DNA of 64,000 nucleotides from Puccinia triticina (GCA_026914245.1 CP110439.1:1302001-1366000); one strand, 5' to 3'. Counted from the stretch's first letter, positions 14,201 through 26,882 are shown. The notes: generated by a model from the sequence alone, not told the origin. Numbers and translations: made by a program.

Positions 14201-14910
14201 GCCTGGGAAATGCTGCTGCAGACCGAGGTAGCCTCAGCTCATGTGACCCGTTTGATATGTGGCTCAATGGCGCACTTATTCTTGAGGATGGCGATCCGGT
14301 GAATCCTTTGGATTGGTGGGTGAAACAGAAGACTTTAGGAAACATGCATGGGGGACTGGTGCATATGGCACTAGATATTTTAAGCTGTCCAGGTGAGAAA
14401 TAGCTATCCCAATTGCACGAATTGTTGGCCCGGATCATTGATTGTCTTAAATTCCTAGCAACATCGGTTGATGTCAAGCGGGCCTTCAGCTTTGGGCGCG
14501 ATTACGTGACGTCAAAGAGGCACAGACTTGCACCCCAATCGCTGAGCAGGGGCATGGCTGTCGCTTTCTATTCAAAGAACAATAAAATCCAAGAGGGTGT
14601 CTTGGCGCAGTGGAAAAAAGGAGCTAAAGAAAATCAGAAGATGCAGAAGAAAGGCAAGAGAAACGCGATAGTACTTGACGAGTGATAGCACTCAACAATC
14701 TGTATATAGTATGTATGTGTGGTAGTCAAATATATATGTTTAAATTTTTTTTACTACATTTTTGGCTGTAAGTACCGCTGGTACCCGTCAGAGGTACCGC
14801 CGGTACCCGCTCAGAGGTGCCGGGTGTGGTACTTGGTACGTGATTTCAGCCAAATTTCAACCTGGTACCCGGGTGCCAACCGGTACCCGGGTCCCACAGG
14901 GCCATCTTTA
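11257..14910 (+). mobile_element. hAT DNA transposon, copy 1 (3654 bp)
   Basis: TIR TAAAGATGGCC / GGCCATCTTTA; perfect 8-bp TSD TGTCCAGC (11249-11256, 14911-14918); GGTACC-rich subterminal repeats. Confidence 0.95.
11527..14685 (+). pseudogene. hAT transposase, 11 introns, inactivated
   Basis: Motifs HTGEYLA, CFAHVINLIV, VRTRWNS, PLDWW..MALDILSCPATSVDVKRAFS; in-frame TGA at 13711 and 14034 plus other lesions. Confidence 0.88.
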
Positions 14911-15450
14911 TGTCCAGCTGATACTCAGCTTTGGCACCCAGCTCATACTCAGCTTTTCTGCCCAGCTCATACTCAGCTTTTTCACGCAGCTCACTCTCAG
15001 AATTGGAATAAAGCCGTTTGACCATTCCTTGCTCAGGTGATTCTCAGCTTTGTGCTAGTCCTGGCGCATCTGATGCTCAGCTTTGTACCAGTCCTTGCTC
15101 AGCCTTCTCCTAGTCCTGTCCCAGCTGATGCTCAGCTTTGGCCCAGTCCTGGGCTAGCTGGCCAGCTGATGCTCAGCTTGCTGAGTATCAGCTGAGCCAG
15201 GCCAGGGAAAAAGATGGGAATCAGCTTGGACAGGACCAGAGCTGAAAATCAGCTAGGCTAGGGCCAAAGCTGAGCATCAGCTGAGCCATGGACAAGGCTG
15301 AGCATCAGCTGTGCCAGGGCCAAAGATTATCATCAAGTGGCCAGTTCCAAATCTGAGCATCAGCTGGGCCAGGGGAAAAACTTAGCATCAGCTGAGCCAG
15401 GGTAAAAGCTGCGCATCAGCTGGGCCAGGGCCAAAGCTGAGCATCATCTG
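14911..15450. repeat. Degenerate ~21-23 bp repeat array (CCAGCTGATGCTCAGCTTT) that switches orientation near 15180
   Basis: Repeated CAGCTGATGCTCAGC units followed by the reverse-complement GCTGAGCATCAGCTG units. Confidence 0.8.
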
Positions 15451-15600
15451 TTTTTTTCACATTGCGTGCTTTGATCCTGACACCTATCATGTGAGCCCCA
15501 GATGTGCTGGTGGAGAGGAGCAGCATTGGAGCAGTGTTGGATCTGAAAACAAAGCTGTGTCATGTCACTTGCCATCAAGTGACTACTTTTTTTTCCTGGT

Positions 15601-17064
15601 GAAAGTTTTCATGAATTTTCTTTTGACTAGAACACATACAAACCATGCCTGTTAAGTTCTGATTTATTGGGAGGATGGACAGAAAGGTTTCAAAAGAATG
15701 AATATAAGTAATGTTTTTGGAAAAAATAAGTGCATACTAGCTGAAAATATTTTTTCATTAAATGATAATTTTGGAAAATCTTTAATACTATTCAAAAAAA
15801 ACCATGAATAATCAGAATCAATAGACTGACATGTGACGTGAATGATAATAAATGAAAAAAATGAATCCCAAAATCCATCCTAAATTTTAGTTGGCAGTGA
15901 AAACACCCCAGACACTGTTTTTTTGTTACCTGCAGTGCAAATTTGAAATTTTGGATGTCCTTTCCCTGCCCGCAAAAATTTAGGATGGATTTTGGGATTC
16001 ATTTTTTTCATCGGACTTACTTCGCGCACTGCGAAAAGCTCTTCGCGCACTGTGCAGTGCGCGAAGTTTGCAAACACTTCGCGCACTGCGCGTGAAGGGC
16101 GCAACTTTTTCAAATTATTTTTTGACCAATCAATAGAAAAGCTTATTATTGTCCTCTGTGAATTTATTTGGAGTTTTTTGAAGCTTCCTTGTATGCTTAA
16201 AAATCCCACCAATAAAAAAAACAAGTACAGCCATTTGGGGACCTGGAATTCATATTCCCACCAGTTAAAAAATCCAAATAATTTAGTGAATAATGATACA
16301 TATGAATTCAAACTTTTTAGAATTTTTTGGCCACTTTGTGCAAGAATAAGGCTTTCAAAAATTAGGAAAGTTCACCACTTACTGGCGCATTTTGGCATAT
16401 CTTGAGAAACAGTTACTGGTTTTTGAAAGCCTTGTCCTTGTACAAAGTGGCCAAAAAGTTCTAAAACTTTTAAATACATGTTTAATATGATTCAATAAAT
16501 TAATTGGATTTTTTGGCCTGTGGGAATATGAATTCCAGGTCCCCAAATGGCTGTACTTGTTTTTTTTATTGGTGGGATTTTTAAGCATACAAGGAAGCTT
16601 CAAAAAACTCCAAATAAATTCACAGAGGACAATAATAAGCTTGTCTATTGATTGGTCAAAAAATAATTTGAAAAAGTTGCGCCCTTCACGCGCAGTGCGC
16701 GAAGTGTTTGCAAACTTCGCGCACTGCACAGTGCGCGAAGTGTTTGCAAACTTCGCGCACTGCACAGTGCGCGAAGAGCTTTTCGCAGTGCGCGAAGTAA
16801 GTCCGTTTTTCATTTATTATCATTCATGTCACATGTCAGTCTATTGATTCTGATTATTCATGGTTTTTTTGGAATAGTATTAAATATTTTCCAAAATTAT
16901 CATTTAATGAAAAAATATTTTCAGCTAGTATGCACTTATTTTTTCCAAAAACATTACTTATATTCATTCTTTTGGAACCTTTCTGTCCATCCTCCCAATA
17001 AATCAGAACTCAACAGGCATGGTTTGTATGTTTTCTAGTCAAAAGAAATTTCATGAAAACTTTC
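15601..17064. repeat. Foldback: long near-perfect inverted repeat (~600-bp arms, centre ~16360-16420)
   Basis: Left arm is the reverse complement of the right arm; the ORF track shows mirrored near-identical peptides at 15992-16405 (+) and 16379-16813 (-). Confidence 0.9.
15852..16011. repeat. 160-bp MITE-like hairpin inside the left foldback arm
   Basis: ATGAAAAAAATGAATCCCAAAATCCATCCTAAATTTT with its reverse complement at the other end; absent from the right arm. Confidence 0.75.
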
Positions 17065-17081
17065 TTCTGGGCACTGTACAT

Positions 17082-17560
17082 ACCCAACTGGCCATTGAGT
17101 TTTGTGTCACTCAATGGCCGGTACAGACCCGACTGGCCATCAAGTGTTGTGTCAATCAATGGCCGGTACAGACCAACCCGACTGGCCATCGAGTGTTGTG
17201 TCACTCAATGGCTGGTACAGACCCGACCGGCCATCAAGTGTTGTGTCACTCCAGACCCAACTGGCCATTGAGTTGTGTCGCTCGATGGTTGGTACAAACC
17301 CAACCGGCCGTCAAGTGTTTTGTCACTTGATGGCCGGTATAGACCCAACTGGCCATCAAGTTGTTGTGTCACTCAATGGCCGGTATAGACCCAACTGGCC
17401 ATTGAGTGTTGCACTGTTGTGTTGCTCGATGGCCGGTGCAAACCCAACCGGTCGTCGAGTGTTGTGTCACTTGATGGCCGGTATAGACCCAACTGGCCAT
17501 TGAGTTGCGTGCGTAATCACGGGCCGGTTGAGTGGCCGGCTCACACTCAATGGCCGGTAT
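17082..17560. repeat. Tandem array of ~45-bp self-complementary units
   Basis: Unit ACCCAACTGGCCATTGAGTGTTGTGTCACTCAATGGCCGGTAYAG, about 10 copies; inverted degenerate copies at ~10835-11050. Confidence 0.88.
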
Positions 17561-17774
17561 GCGGGTGTGATTGGGGATAGGTGAAAACACCCTTGAGGGG
17601 GTGTTTCTGACCTTTTTCCTGCTCCTGGACCTGATCTCCTGGAGCCTTTTTCGAAGAAGGAAATCAGGTCCGCATGAGAGGTTCCAGGTCCATTTTCTTC
17701 CTGATTCCTGGGACCTGCGCGACCTGATTTTTAACTGTGAAACCCCCTATTGTATCTAGTCAGTAATATAATAA

Positions 17775-17972
17775 GGGGGTTCACAATTGAAATTTACAAA
17801 ACTTTGGGACACATTTTAAGGTGTTTATGAACATCTTTCAAAAAAATTGATAAGTTGTACTGATTGATCTGTATCACCTGCTACTGTGCATTTTCCCAAA
17901 ATTTTAAAATTTTGTTCATAAAGGCCTTAAATTTGCCTCCAAAGTTTAGTAAAATTCAATTGTGAACCCCCC
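17775..17972. mobile_element. Tourist/PIF-Harbinger-like MITE (~200 bp)
   Basis: TIR GGGGGTTCACAATTGAA / TTCAATTGTGAACCCCC flanked by TAA and TTA. Confidence 0.75.
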
Positions 17973-18275
17973 TTAGAAACACAGCGCTTTGGCTGAGTGC
18001 GCTCCGACCTGTACTGGGTTTATATCCGGTTGATTTCTTCAGAAATCAGATTTTAGAAAAGAAAAATGAGTGTGAAGACAGAGGGGAGATGGTCTCAAAT
18101 TATATCAGGAGGAGAGGATAAAAGCCTGCTGTACACCCAAAATTTAAAAGGTTGGGTGTTGTCAAGGTTGAGTTCTGGTGGTTCAAAGAAAAGCACTACT
18201 AAAACCCAAATTTCTCTCACGCAAACATTCCAGATAAGCTCCCTCTGGCAAAGCCTCAGACAATAGAAGAACTTA

Positions 18276-18436
18276 GGCCCCGTTTGGCTGCCACTTTATA
18301 CGTCATAAATGGTTGAATTTATGACACGCGACCCCCGGGGGTTTCAAAGTTTTGGTGGTAACGGGGGGCGAACTTTGGGTCGCGGCGTCATAAATTTAAC
18401 AATTTATGACGTATAACGCGGCAGCCAAACGGGGCC
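18276..18436. mobile_element. Tourist/PIF-Harbinger-like MITE (161 bp)
   Basis: TIR GGCCCCGTTTGGCTGCC / GGCAGCCAAACGGGGCC with 3-bp TTA TSD. Confidence 0.9.
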
Positions 18437-18648
18437 TTAGTTAAGTTTGGATCAAAAACAAGGATGAGACAAGCAAGAAGGGGACACATTTTGATGTGGT
18501 TTAGTAAATTACAGGTTCAATATATAGCTGAAGTTGGACATGCAGCTCACCCAAACAACCTCAACTAACCTCTAATCAGAAAAGTCCAAAACCACTATGA
18601 CAAAGATTGTACCACTTGGCAATGCAATCAGGTCCCATGGGTGTAAAA

Positions 18649-21600
18649 TAAAGATGGCAATCGGGACCCGGGTACCCGCCACGGGTACCCGTACCGCCGA
18701 CCTTTTTTGGCCAAAATAGATACCCGTACCCGTAATTGTACCTGTGGACGGGTGTCGGCGGTACTTTGGCGGTGTACCCGCGGGTATACCGCCTAGACTT
18801 GCCACAAAAATAACTCAAATATATGTTTATTGCTCTCGTCTGATCACTTCTAATCCACAACTAATACTTTTTTTTTCCCTTGTCCTTCGAACTTCCCTTC
18901 TCCTTAGCATTTGACCTTTTCTCCTGCTGAATTTGAGCCTTCCATTTAGCCAGGAGGCCATCCTCAATCAATCCATTCCTCGAGTAGAAGGCCACCGTCA
19001 TGCCCCTGCTCAATGATCGCGCTGAGAGCCGGTGCCTCTTTGCCGACACATAATCGCGGCCAAAACTGAAAGCCCTTTCAACATCAACCGATGTAGCTGA
19101 CATATCAGACCGTCAGTGCATGTATCAATGAAGGACACAAAGAAACCAACTCACCTGGACAACTCAAGATATCGAGTGCCATCTGCATGAGACCCCCATG
19201 AGTGTTTCCAGATCGCTTTTGGTTCATCCACCACTTGAGTGGATTTACGGGTTCGTCGCCTTCCAATACTAGCCCGCCTGCGAGCCACACGTCCAATGCA
19301 TCTATTGAGCAGCGTCCACCTCGGGCAGCAGCAGCACTTCCAAGGCCAGCCAACATACCAGTCTTGGGCTGAGGGACACGAACTCAAGTGGATTAGCATG
19401 TAGAAAAAATTGTTCTATGAATAAATAGAAATCAAGTCTTACCTTGTTGTTAGATGATGATGAGGGGGTCATTGGGATGACTGCAGGCTTGTAAAAAGAT
19501 ACCCACATCTCCCGGGTTAGCCGTATCGCTTCGACGATCCACTTGGGTTCCCAATTTGCTAACTTGAAGTATTCATCCCTAAAAGATGGGTGGAGGACTG
19601 AATCATGTGTGTTAGTGACAAGGAAGTGATATTTATCAATATGAAAGCAAGAAATTAAACTTACCAATAGCTATCCTATAAAGAGGGGAAGTGTCAGTAA
19701 GGCTGTAGTATTTGTTGGTCACCTTTAACCCAAGCCGACAGGCATTCCTTAACGCCGGTGGATAAGCTGAACTGCTGATCACTGACGACAAATGCTCAGT
19801 GATTTGATCAATGAAGACAACGATATTTGATAATCGAGGTGAGGCAGAGACCGATATTTGAAGTGTGATCTCATTGAAGAGCTTCAGTACATCAACAAGA
19901 TCGCGCGCCAAGTCGAAATCGGACTCGTCCAAGTAGTGCTTACGGTTGATTCCGTGCCACTTATGACGTTGCCACTCAACGCTTGAGTGAAGCAAAGAAA
20001 ATACATATCAGCATAGGGATACAAGTAATAAAATCAGCTGAAATAAGAATGACTTACATGCCATCCTTGCATCTGATGATGCTGGAGAGTTGCGTATAGG
20101 TGGAATTCCATCGCGTACAAACGTCTCTTCCAACCGTATGAGGGGTGGAACACTCCTTTTCGCTACATATTTCTTTGAACAAGTTCCTCGAGTTGGGGGA
20201 GTACCTAAGTTTTTTAGCAATTGCACGGAACTGGTAGGGAGAAAGGCATCAGTCAGACTTGCTTGAAAGGAAATAAGCAGGAAGCTATCTTACTTTAGCC
20301 AAGCTTTGTTTACAGCCACTTGTGGTGTATCGATCCTCTTCGTCCTCGTCGCTAGCGTTATCAATATCATCCAGCTCGAGCATTGTAGAGTCCTCAACAA
20401 GTTGAGTATCATCCTTGCTTGCGGTAGATTCTCCATCTTTGGAAACAATATCTTTCTCGATGTCAAGACTTGAATGTGAAAAACAGGCCGGTCAGTCTCT
20501 TGACATGAAAAAAATAAGATTCCCGTTTGGACTCACGGTATTATTTGGTCAGCTGCAATGTTGTTGTCGCTCTCTGAATCTGAATTGTCTGAATGATCCC
20601 GATCCAATGTAGTTTGGGTATTTGAAGTCCTTGCTCTCTTGTGATTTCCAAATGGTCGGAGGATACCTTGGACAATTAGATTGAGAACGTGCGCGAAACA
20701 TTGTATCCACTCGGACTCCCCTTTAAAGCGAGCCCACTTCTGCTTCTTGAGCTCCCTTACCATAACTCCATTGTTGGCCGCGCTGTCGCTGACAATGCCA
20801 CAGATCTGGGTAAAAATGTAGTTGATGAGCTGGTTGAACAATAAGAAAAAGTTGAAGAAAGAGAACCAAGATCGAAGATACAATACCTTATGCTGAATAC
20901 CAAACTTCTGCACTACCAAGCTGACAGTCTCGGCTAAGTACTCACCGGTGTGCCGATGGGAGAGTCAAATGAAATCAAGAGGCATTGCCTCCAGCTTCAA
21001 GTCATCGGATTCGAGCTCATGCAATTGGTAGATTACAATCCCGAGAATGTCAAAGCCGTTAGGTGACTGCCACGTGTCGACTCCTAAGTACAACGCCCCT
21101 GTGTGTGACTAAATAACAAAAAGAAATTGTTATTTGGGTGATATGATCTGAGGAAATGAAATCACTTACTTCGAGAACAGCCTTGTACTCTTGCTGGATA
21201 GCCGAGTACAGCATATGGATATCCCTCGAAACCGTCCTTCTGGTTGGTAAATGAGCAACAACGACTGGATGGAGGATGGCCCGATGGCTATCATCAGCAA
21301 GCGCCGAAAAGGGCCTTGCGGCCTCGGCGCACCAGGTTGCACACAATTGTGAAACCTAAATAAGAACAGAAAAAAAGATAAATATCAGCTGTGCAGCTTG
21401 TCGTTGAAAATTAGAAGGCTCACTTCTTTGGGATTGATATCCCCCGTCCCCTTGATTCCAACACTCGCAAGCGACTGGGTGGTTGATTTTTCGTTTTGTT
21501 TCCGAAGACAGTTTGCAGCGTGCTTGATCAAGTTGCTGCAAGAAGAGTCGCCGGTGGGGCGGTTGATCTTGGTTCCACATCTGGAGTTGGATTTAAGGGG

Positions 21601-22301
21601 ATATCAGGGAGGAGTTGGGATCAGTCATCAAAAAAAGAAAACGACTTACATTTTGCATGGATATGCAATCATTCGGCGGCCATGCTTGTCTACTTGATTA
21701 GATAGCTCGGGTGTCGAGTAAGATTTATAACTTGCGCTGATGGCGTTTGCAGCGATCTTCTGGGCCTTTTCTGAAATTCAAGTAAAAGGTAGGGTCAGAA
21801 CGCAATTTCTTGATTGATACAATAATATTTTATGATTACTCACCTAGCTCCTCCCGATCGGTCAGTGTAGTTCCTGGTGCAGGCTCTGCGGTAGCCGATT
21901 TGCTTTCGTCGGGCTCGGTGTCTTTTTGAGTAGATCGAGGATTTGGAGAGGAAGCAACCGACGATTCAATTGAGGTGTTTGGTTTTTTTCGCTTGCGGCC
22001 TGACATGGTGGTTGATTCCGGGTGGTTGGTTCCGGGTGAGATGCTGGATATGCAGATATCATGGCGGGCTTGGATATGAAGTACACGCCCCCCCCCCCCC
22101 CTCCCCCTACGGGGGCGGGGAACGGCCGCCGGCGCGCGCCATGCGCAACAAAACTTTGTGGCGGGTACGTACCCGCCAACCCAAGAAAATCAGGGACACG
22201 TACCCGTACCCGGACACGCCAGGCGGTCCCAAACGGGTGTGGGCGGGTACCCTCCAACGGGTGGGGGGTACCCGCCCGCGGGTACCTGTTTGCCATCTTT
22301 A
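18649..22301 (-). mobile_element. hAT DNA transposon, copy 2 (3653 bp)
   Basis: TIR TAAAGATGGCAA / TTGCCATCTTTA; perfect 8-bp TSD GTGTAAAA (18641-18648, 22302-22309); GGTACC/GTACCCG subterminal repeats. Confidence 0.95.
18861..22006 (-). pseudogene. hAT transposase, 11 introns, nearly intact, with at least one premature stop
   Basis: MSGRKRKKP start; GVDTWQSPNG, CFAHVLNLIV, PLKWW..MALDILSCPATSVDVERAFS; in-frame TGA at 20965-20967 (DFI*LSHRHTGEY). Confidence 0.88.
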
Positions 22302-24119
22302 GTGTAAAATCCATATTTCTGAATTACAGTCACTCCCTAGCTTTCAGCCTTAATTAAGTCCCTCCTGAGTTTGGCCTCCCTCTGCCACTGGGTATGCCTG
22401 AGAGATATCACATTTTTTTGAAGCGAAGACTGGAGTGGGGCAGTCCGAGATCAGGGATGCGGAAAAATGAGAAAATTGTCACAGATGACAGGGATATGGA
22501 TGGCACGTGAGAGTGAGTCTCCGCGGATGTGGTTCTGGAAAGGGCACAGCAGAAAAAATAGAGGAGAACCAATGATTTGATTTGCATGACAATGCTATGA
22601 TATAAATAGAATGTACATGCAACAGACTTGTGGTTCTGAGATTAAATGAATAAGAAACCATTTTGAATAAAGTACAATCTTTGAGACTACACATGAAGAT
22701 GTAAATGACTATCATAAATCTACTACTCAGGGTTCATGGACTACAAGGTGTAAGCTAGAAGTTAACTTACTAGTGATGCTTAAAGAAAGACAAAATCAAT
22801 AAAGAATAAATTCAGAGACAACATGAAGAGGTATGAGTAAGAAGAAGGAGTCAGAATTTCAACAACTTTCTGTTGCCTTTTTGTGTTAAGTTTCCTGTAG
22901 GACACTGGCTTCTTATAATCCAAATTTACATCTAAACTTAGAATTTCCAGAAGGCTGGCTATCTCCTGACACCTTTTACTCCTTCAAAAACCCAAGATAT
23001 GAGGAATGTAGTCAAAAACCTACATGATGGCTAGAGCAGCCACTGCATGAGTTTTGTCCCTTTTTTCCTTTGGCTATTAGCCAGAGAAAATAATGCCATT
23101 TTCTTTGGCTAAAAGCCAAAGAACAGCGGAGCTGGCTGGGCCAGCTCCACCAAACTTAGTCAGTCCCTCTTCTGAGGGGCGGGCAGGGGCCCCTCGCGCG
23201 AAGCGCGAGCCTCCAAAGGAGGGACTTGGGACTAAGCGGCAAAATTTGGCGTGAATCCTGAGTACAGCTTTCACCCATTTGGCTGGTGTGAAAGTTTGGC
23301 ACCGCTTTTCTATAGGATCTTGGTGGCCAAATGGGCCACCCAGGTGCCCAATTGAAGGTCTGCATCTGACCTTCAAGACTACATAGGCCACATGTTGATG
23401 CCTTGAATGGCCTTAAAGCTACAAGGATGTCAAGTCATTGAATCATGATCCCAGGATTGATCTTACAGCATACTATTGGATAAGTACACAAAAGTTTCAA
23501 TTACTTCTAATAAGTACATGAAGTATGTTTATTGTTTGAATTGAACAATGAACTATATTTGGTATGCAGGCCACACATAAAATAGGGGGTGTAAAAGTAG
23601 ACCCGCGCGTGTATGCAGGTCACTTTGCATAACCCAGTTTTTTGGGGAGACTGCAAGTTGACGTTCAACATTTGAGTTGAACACCGGCTTGCCTTGCCTT
23701 GCAAGTGGCATGTGCGGGTCTACTTTGAATCCCGCTAATGTGTACAGGAGTTGAAAAAAACATGCTCTGTTCACTGGGAAAAGCTCGGCATGGTTTTTGA
23801 AAGCATCTCCAGCAGCTCTACAAGGGGCTTGATGGATGGTGGATGGCTGGCTGTCTGCGAAAGAAGCTAGGCTTCAAGGCCGTGCCACTCATGAGCCTGC
23901 CTGGGCAGTGGTTGATGTGTAATAAGGGATCCTTTGAAAATTGGGGGTTGGCCAAGCCTTAGGTGCGTCAGGATTCACACCAAAGCTTAACGCTTGGGGG
24001 CAAGCCTCTCTGTGAGACAGAGACCCTGCGGGGCCCTCCTCCAGAGAGGCTTTGTTAAGCTTGCAGCTCCACTGGAGCTGGCGCTGGATCTGGTGCACTG
24101 GCTGGCGGTGGATGATCCA

Positions 24120-24435
24120 TACATTGAATTGGTGTATCCAATACATACCAATACAACTTACTGTTGTATTGGATACAAAGCAATATAATATATTGTTGTA
24201 TCCATAAAATAGCAATACATTGTATTATGCGTATCAGATACGTACCCATACATACCAATAAGTATCCAATACATACCAATACATGCCAAATACATACCAA
24301 TACATACCAATACGTATCCGATACATGCCGATACGCATCTGATAAACACCAATAAGTATCCAATACATACCAATCCATATCCAATACATGCCGATACGTA
24401 TCCAATAAACACCAATACAGATTTGATTCAGTGTA
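24120..24435. repeat. Small TA-ended TIR element filled with ATACATACCAAT-type short tandem repeats
   Basis: TACATTGAAT ... ATTCAGTGTA termini around a microsatellite-like array. Confidence 0.6.
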
Positions 24436-24825
24436 CTATACACCTTGCCAAGTGTTTTTAAAAAAAACAGCCCTAACCCCTAAAACCCAACCCCCAAAAA
24501 CCGGCCCCCTAACCCCCAAATGGGGCATGAGGGAAGTGGGAATTGAACCAGCAACCTTGCTGTAATAGGGTTTGCAGCGCAGCTGCAAACCACTGGATGT
24601 GCTGCCCAGGTTTTGCTGCTAGTTTCCTATGAAATCAGCTCTGCCAGCCCGGCCAGCTCCAGCGCTCCTTAGGCTTTTATCCAAAGAATTATAGTGTCAC
24701 AGGTGCACTGCATTGCTGTTCTTTGTTCTGGCTCCCACGGGATTTGGAGTGAACAAGCACAAAGGCATGCTCCCACAATCATGTTGCAGTGTTTCAACTG
24801 TCTTGGATCCGTCAGAGCAGGATGA

Positions 24826-26396
24826 TGTAAGACTCAAAAGGTGTCGTGAGACCCTTTTGCTGAATGGCGAAAGGTATGGATGAGGTGCAAAACTCTGCCT
24901 TTCTGGATATCAGAAAACAAGACCACCAAGCTAAGCTTGGCAGTTTTATTCAGTGATAAGAATATGTTCGGAGATGAAGAGTATAGTTGGATTGTATGGT
25001 GGAAAGTTTGAAGTGTCTAAGAAACAGATGAGATGTCTGAAATGGGCAGAAAATACTGATGACTTAGTCGGGGCTTGAACCCAGGTCCGTGAGCAGAGGG
25101 TATATATGGTGTTGCAAGCGCGTCTGGGCACATACCCAACTCCCGCTTGGCCGAGTGCCTCCGGAGGTTGGGTATGTGCCCAGCGGGCTTGATCGGGCAG
25201 CTTGCACGGGGGCAGAGCTAAGTCCCGCTTGGCCGAGATCAAGCTCTGGGCCGATGGCAACACGCCGGTCATGAGACGCCAGCCCTCGTCTCTGCCTCAA
25301 CAGGAAAGAACAACGTGCCCTCAAGGAGGGGAAACGTGCTCCCTTCTTGACATCACACATTGGATATCAACAAGGGAGCTTTGCCTTCTCAATGGTTGGT
25401 CTAGTGTAGGCTGGTCATTGGGGAGGAAAGACTCCCTTCACGGTGGGCAATACTTGTATTGATCATCAAGAAGGGAGTCTTCCCTTCTCAATGACCGGTT
25501 TGTAGACTGACCATTGAGGAGGGAAACTTCTCTCCTTGATGGCCGGCACAGTGTTTGGCGTGCGTGGCACCCTTGCTTGAAATCGGCCCAGCGGGGCTTT
25601 GTGCCGAACCCCACCCACTTTGCGATATGCCAAGCGGGGGTTGGGAGTGTGCCAGGTGGGCTTGAGGAGTGGCCAAGCGGGCTTTAGCATTGGCCATGCG
25701 CGCTTGGCCTTTTTTTGGCCAAACTTTGGTGAGTGCCCAGACAGGCTTGCAACACCATAAAGTGAGAAAGAGAAGGTCAAGGTTTGAAAGCTATGCTTCC
25801 ACCAGGATTGGAACCCAGTACCTTCAGAGGCTTGTGAAAGGTTTGTGAAACCAACTATGAGTGTGAATTGCAAGTAACTGTGATATGTATGTGTAATAAA
25901 TAACTGTGACAGGTGAATAGATAGATGAGGGGAGCCAGATGGCATGAGGGAAGGAAACAACTGGCAGGCAGAGGCCTCCTTATATAGTAAACAAAGAGGG
26001 GGTCTAAATTCTAGGGGGTTACATGAGTGTCATATATATGCAATGTGAAAACAGCGGCCAACTTGTGGTTGAGTATAATAAAAGGAAGAAAATAAAAGAA
26101 ACAAAATAATTCAATATGAAATCTTCAATATCCTATGCACAGTATCCTAGAGCTGAGTTGTGTGTGAAACCAGGTGTGAACTCCTATGTGAAATGTCCTG
26201 GACTGGTGTGTGAAAGGTGGTTATTTATGTATCTTCTGATCCAGTAGAGATATGAGGGTGGTTTCAGTGGGTGACTAAGGGTTATTTTGGCCGTGGATTC
26301 CATTTCTGATGTCTATTTGTCTGTATCTTGAGGCGTTTAGAGGGTACTCGTAAAAGTTTGAATTGTTCACCTGCAAACACAGGAATAACGACTACA
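24826..26396 (-). mobile_element. Solo LTR related to the LTR of the gypsy at 40119-51562, interrupted by a MITE
   Basis: Begins TGTAAGACTCAAAAG..CCCTTTTGCTGAATGG, shares CCTTATATAG and TTTGGCCGTRGATTCCATTTCTG, ends ..TACA; 4-bp TSD ATGA on both sides. Confidence 0.8.
25107..25757. mobile_element. Non-autonomous TIR element with TA TSD (Tc1/mariner-like MITE) inside the solo LTR
   Basis: TA|TGGTGTTGCAAGC..GTCTGGGCAC and GTGCCCAGAC..GCTTGCAACACCA|TA; internal CCCGCTTGGCC repeats. Confidence 0.75.
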
Positions 26397-26882
26397 ATGA
26401 CTGTCAGTTTTTTTCCTCAGGAGTGTTGTGAATTGGGTCACAGGGTCACTTGGCTGTGGCTCTCTGCTGCGGAGAAGACTATGTCTCCTTGGCCAGAGGC
26501 TCAGTAGATATTTTCATTAACTATTGCCATCACAGTTACTGCCACTGCAAAACAAAAAAATGGTCATGTCAACTGCAAGGACATGCAGGATAATCAAGCC
26601 AAGCTGCCATTGTAACTCCACCTGAATCAGCGGTGGGTAGTTACGATACACTACAATAACCACCGTTATATGTGTAGCATAACGTTTGCCATTACTGCGC
26701 TCAGGCGTTAGCGCACTAGTAACAACCAGTTTTAACCCCAGGCCCGTATCGTAAGGGGCCTGATTTTTTTGGGGTGTTACTCGTGTTACTAGTAGCGTAA
26801 CACGTTAACCACCGGTTAACGGGATAAAGAGGGGCAAATGGCACCCTCTGGATCATATATGGTCCGATATCTGCCCCTCCGT

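Larger units (their letters stand above)
10627..17747. mobile_element. Large non-autonomous TIR element with long subterminal inverted arms, host to nested insertions
   Basis: TA|GGGGGTTTCA..AAATCAGG at 10627 mirrored by CCTGATTT..TGAAACCCCC|TA at 17747; 11050-11106 is the reverse complement of 15562-15601 joined to 17061-17079; similar hairpin repeats at both ends. Confidence 0.65.

Noticed and set aside
15880..16847. Mirror-image ORFs on both strands
   Set aside because: By-product of the foldback inverted repeat; no domain signal
17082..17560. Palindromic ~45-bp repeats resembling a CRISPR array
   Set aside because: Units are head-to-tail with no unique spacers, there are no cas genes, the context is eukaryotic, and mirror copies sit at the other end of a TIR element
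24055..24443. Tyr/Trp/Ile-rich repetitive ORFs
   Set aside because: Translations of a microsatellite-like array
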